Assembly: GCA_963735595.1 (NCBI GenBank)
Contig: CAVTLK010000004.1
Coordinates: 416,001-480,000, forward strand
From: an uncultured delta proteobacterium
GTDB taxonomy: Bacteria; Desulfobacterota; Zymogenia; Zymogenales; Zymogenaceae
Direction: 5' to 3'
Length of the DNA: 64,000 bases
Made by a program: the position numbers and the translations under genes. Shown here piece after piece: positions 59,745 through 64,000 of this stretch (positions are counted from its first letter, which is position 1; every line of letters begins with the position of its first letter). The notes beneath the pieces were generated by a model that was not told the DNA's origin, made no database searches, and saw nothing but the letters and a program-made list of their open reading frames with translations.

Positions 59745-61484
59745 ATGATACTAGAAGACTGGTTGTGGTATCCGTCAGTTTCAAAATGGGCTTTACATTG
59801 TCGTTTAAGTATCCCAGTAGTTACATCGGACGAGGTACTTGCCGTAACCGATTGGTATTTCCTTGTTGATGAAATATACCCGTGGGGTGATGTAAAGGTT
59901 CATCCCGCAAAAATAAATGGTATCAGCCGAACATACCAACACCAAATATATAATAGTTATGGCGATAATGATGAACCATGGAGAAACGGTAATATTTGTG
60001 TAAACAACAGCACATACATACTTGGCCGCGGTTATAGTAATGAACCTTATGAATCTCGCGAAAGGTTAGCGTGGAATGTAAAACGAACTATTGATTGGCT
60101 AATTGACGCAAAAAACGGGACCTTAATAAAGCCGGGCGAACCTTTCGAGCTCCCTTATCCCCCCTCCCGCGTAAATGTACCTAGAGTGATCTTTTGCGAG
60201 GACGAAAGTACTTTTAAACTATGGAATACAAAGCACGATACTTTTCTTGGACTTGTATATTTCTTTATATCGTCCACCATTAAAGACACCCTTCTTGTGG
60301 ATCGTTTCTGTGGTTCTAACGGGCAAGAGATATTTAGAATTGATTGGGGGGCAAATTTTGAAAGTAAAAGAAGTAACCCCCTTATAGGTATCTGGTTAAG
60401 ATTTAATGAGCCATTAGTACTTCCACCTTGGCAAGTCCCTTTTAATTGGGGTGAAATCTCAACTGCAGCAGACGCTCAAGGGATAGATTTTCTAGGAGCC
60501 ATACGCAAGATTGCCAGTCATCTTCGTGATGGTAAACCACACGTTCTTCTAATCGGTTTCCCCATACCAGAATTCGTTGGCGATAAACAAGTTAGAATGC
60601 ATTGGCAATCTATCGAATTCCCAATACTACGGCCAGGGAAGAGTTCAATACCAAAAGGTTTTAGAGATAACGAGTCGGGTTGCTGGCAACGAGACAAAAC
60701 ACAAATATTTAGAAACTCCAATTCAATTGGCTGGCTAAGGACGGAAAACTGGAACAGCAGCGAAATCAGGAGCAGGGGCCAATTAGCGAATTCAATCTTG
60801 TCAGAAAGGGTACTTCTTATTGGAGCAGGAGCGGTAGGCTCAGTTATAGCTGAGCTTCTTGTTAGAGGAGGAGTTAAGGAATTAACTATTCTTGATGATG
60901 ATAAAGTAGAGATTGGGAATCTAGTACGGCATAGTCTATCAATGGAGAGTATTGGTAGATCCAAGGCGGAGGCTCTAGCGGATAAGCTTACTAACCTATC
61001 TCCGCACCTAAAGGTAAAAGGCTTTATCAAGAAGATAAAGAGCATGGACGGCGAAGTTATTGATTTGGTTGGAAACTCGGGTATTATCATAGATTGCTCT
61101 GCGTCGGATGATGTACTATATATACTTTCAACGTATAGCTGGCCTTCCAAACGATTTTTCTTTTCTATTTCAATTGGACTCCAGGCAAGAAGAACCTTCA
61201 TGTATAGTTCGTTTTCAGTAAACTTCCCGCATAACAGCTTTATGGAAGAAATGAGTAAATGGCATGAAAAAGAAAGAGAAGAGTCTAAGAATGTTCCTTT
61301 TCCTATGGAGGGAATTGGATGTTGGCATCCTGTCTTCCCCGCTCGCGCTGATGATATATGGTTAACCGCTTCCGTTGCTGTTAAGTACATAAACGAGATA
61401 CTAACGAAACCAGCAGGAAACCAACTAGTGGTTTTCGAGCATATTGGGGATATAGGCTGTTTCGCGGGAATTAGAAGAATATAG
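59745..61484 (+). CDS. cap2: CBASS Cap2 (E2-like + ThiF/E1-like ubiquitin-transferase-like enzyme); true start may lie upstream
   Basis: YPWG...HQ...GNIC (E2-like), LIGAGAVGS, DDD.VEIGNLVRH, IDCS, GIGCWHPVFPA. Confidence 0.9.
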   Translation: MILEDWLWYPSVSKWALHCRLSIPVVTSDEVLAVTDWYFLVDEIYPWGDVKVHPAKINGISRTYQHQIYNSYGDNDEPWRNGNICVNNSTYILGRGYSNEPYESRERLAWNVKRTIDWLIDAKNGTLIKPGEPFELPYPPSRVNVPRVIFCEDESTFKLWNTKHDTFLGLVYFFISSTIKDTLLVDRFCGSNGQEIFRIDWGANFESKRSNPLIGIWLRFNEPLVLPPWQVPFNWGEISTAADAQGIDFLGAIRKIASHLRDGKPHVLLIGFPIPEFVGDKQVRMHWQSIEFPILRPGKSSIPKGFRDNESGCWQRDKTQIFRNSNSIGWLRTENWNSSEIRSRGQLANSILSERVLLIGAGAVGSVIAELLVRGGVKELTILDDDKVEIGNLVRHSLSMESIGRSKAEALADKLTNLSPHLKVKGFIKKIKSMDGEVIDLVGNSGIIIDCSASDDVLYILSTYSWPSKRFFFSISIGLQARRTFMYSSFSVNFPHNSFMEEMSKWHEKEREESKNVPFPMEGIGCWHPVFPARADDIWLTASVAVKYINEILTKPAGNQLVVFEHIGDIGCFAGIRRI

Positions 61485-61497
61485 AACTAAAACGAGC

Positions 61498-61995
61498 ATG
61501 GAAGAGTATAACGAGTTTTGGTCAAGAGATAGGAAATACGGCTTAAATATTTCCAGGATACTCGTAAGGGAAATTTATGAATATTGTAATGAGTCCGGTT
61601 ATCTGGAAACGGGTGGAACACTAATCGGCTACTATAATCGAAGCCGTGATTGTGCATTTGTTACAGCTATAACTCCCGCGCCTAGTGATTCAAGAAGTGG
61701 GTATAGTCGGTTCTATCGAGGTTTTGAAGGTTTACAACATTTGTTAGACCGCTTTTGGGTGGATAAGAGGGAGTATTATCTTGGTGAATGGCATTATCAT
61801 CCGGCATGTCAATCTGATCCAAGTGGATTAGATAATAGTGAAATTTTGCGTATTTCTAGAGATAGGAATTACAATTGCCCGGAGCCAATTCTTATTATTG
61901 TAAGTAGGGCAAAGAATCGTGGTATGAATATAAGAGCGTACGTAGTTTCGAGAGAACTTTCTTTACAGAAACTCCTGAAACGCTATTCTAAATAA
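61498..61995 (+). CDS. cap3: CBASS Cap3 JAB/JAMM isopeptidase
   Basis: ETGGTLIG...YLGEWHYHP....PSGLD (E..HxH..S..D). Confidence 0.92.
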   Translation: MEEYNEFWSRDRKYGLNISRILVREIYEYCNESGYLETGGTLIGYYNRSRDCAFVTAITPAPSDSRSGYSRFYRGFEGLQHLLDRFWVDKREYYLGEWHYHPACQSDPSGLDNSEILRISRDRNYNCPEPILIIVSRAKNRGMNIRAYVVSRELSLQKLLKRYSK

Positions 61996-62090
61996 CGTAG
62001 ATATCGCGAGTTAATATGAGGTATTCTAAGATATATGAACAAATAGTCTTATAATCTCACACTATCTTCCCTTATAACCCCATACCGCCC

Positions 62091-62150
62091 TTGCCATATA
62101 CCAGATCATGCAGTAGTATTATATTAGCACTCACCTCTGTCGAGTGCTAA
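62091..62150 (+). promoter_or_regulatory. groE promoter and CIRCE element (HrcA operator)
   Basis: TTGCCA-17-TAGTAT, then the perfect TTAGCACTC-N9-GAGTGCTAA at 62124-62150. Confidence 0.95.
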
Positions 62151-62341
62151 CGTTTTTGGTCCGGAAATGTATGCGTTATTCATTATTTCCTCCGGCGCGG
62201 CCGCCCGCCTGCGGCGTCCCGGCCTGTTGTGCTACCGTTCCATTGTGTCATTTCGTCATTGCGCCATTGAGATATAGAGGCAACAGCGCCGCGCGAGCGG
62301 CCTATGGTTTTATGTAACACTAAATAAGAAAGGAGTGGGCT

Positions 62342-62632
62342 ATGAAGATCAGACCACTGCAGGACCGCGTCATTGTCAAGCGGGTCGAGGAGGAAGAGAA
62401 GACCAAGGGAGGCATCATCATCCCCGATAGCGCGAAGGAAAAGCCCGTCGAGGGCCTGGTTATGGCCGTCGGCAAGGGCAAGGTCCTTGAGAACGGCACA
62501 AAGCTCGATATGAGCGTCAAGGTCGGCGACCGGATTCTCTTTTCCAAGTACGCCGGAAACGAGGTCAAGATCGACGGCGTCGAACACCTCATTATGCGAG
62601 AGGATGACATCCTCGGCATCATCGAAAAGTAA
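62342..62632 (+). CDS. groES: Co-chaperonin GroES
   Basis: [30 protein letters not shown]. Confidence 0.98.
   Translation: MKIRPLQDRVIVKRVEEEEKTKGGIIIPDSAKEKPVEGLVMAVGKGKVLENGTKLDMSVKVGDRILFSKYAGNEVKIDGVEHLIMREDDILGIIEK

Positions 62633-64000
<1,368 letters not shown>

Noticed and set aside
60518..61390. 290-aa antisense ORF inside cap2
   Set aside because: Ser/Ile/Phe-rich shadow translation with no motif, fully overlapping a well-supported gene.
56940..62090. Terminal inverted or direct repeats around the CBASS islet
   Set aside because: Only weak G-rich/C-rich similarity at the edges; no convincing att or IR pair.

Overview
A GC-rich bacterial chromosome segment. Gene order (ilvB-ilvC-psd-pssA-leuA, short EF-Ts, radical SAM-rng) suggests an anaerobic Deltaproteobacteria/Desulfobacterota-like organism; this is inference. 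From left to right: (1) a frameshift-ridden trigger factor gene plus tRNA-Leu and tRNA-Lys; (2) a ~16 kb accessory metabolic block (1.2-17.4 kb) with a stand-alone V4R gene at each end and tRNA clusters on both sides; (3) a long core region: dnaB, rplI, rpsR, rpsF, M23 peptidase, secA, argJ, menA, rpsB-tsf-pyrH-frr-uppS-cdsA-dxr-rseP-tsaB, ilvB-ilvC-psd-pssA-leuACDB-asd, ecfT-truA-bioY, radical SAM, rng; (4) an AT-rich ~5 kb type II CBASS anti-phage operon (nuclease-SAVED effector, CD-NTase, Cap2, Cap3) between rng and a CIRCE-controlled groES-groEL. The most striking unexplained signal is a tandem pair of NrdR-box-like 16-mers, 32 bp apart, directly upstream of the CBASS promoter. It suggests that immunity transcription is coupled to (d)NTP-pool sensing. 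Frameshifts in tig, secA and leuA are probably sequencing errors. All calls come from motif recognition by eye; no searches were run.
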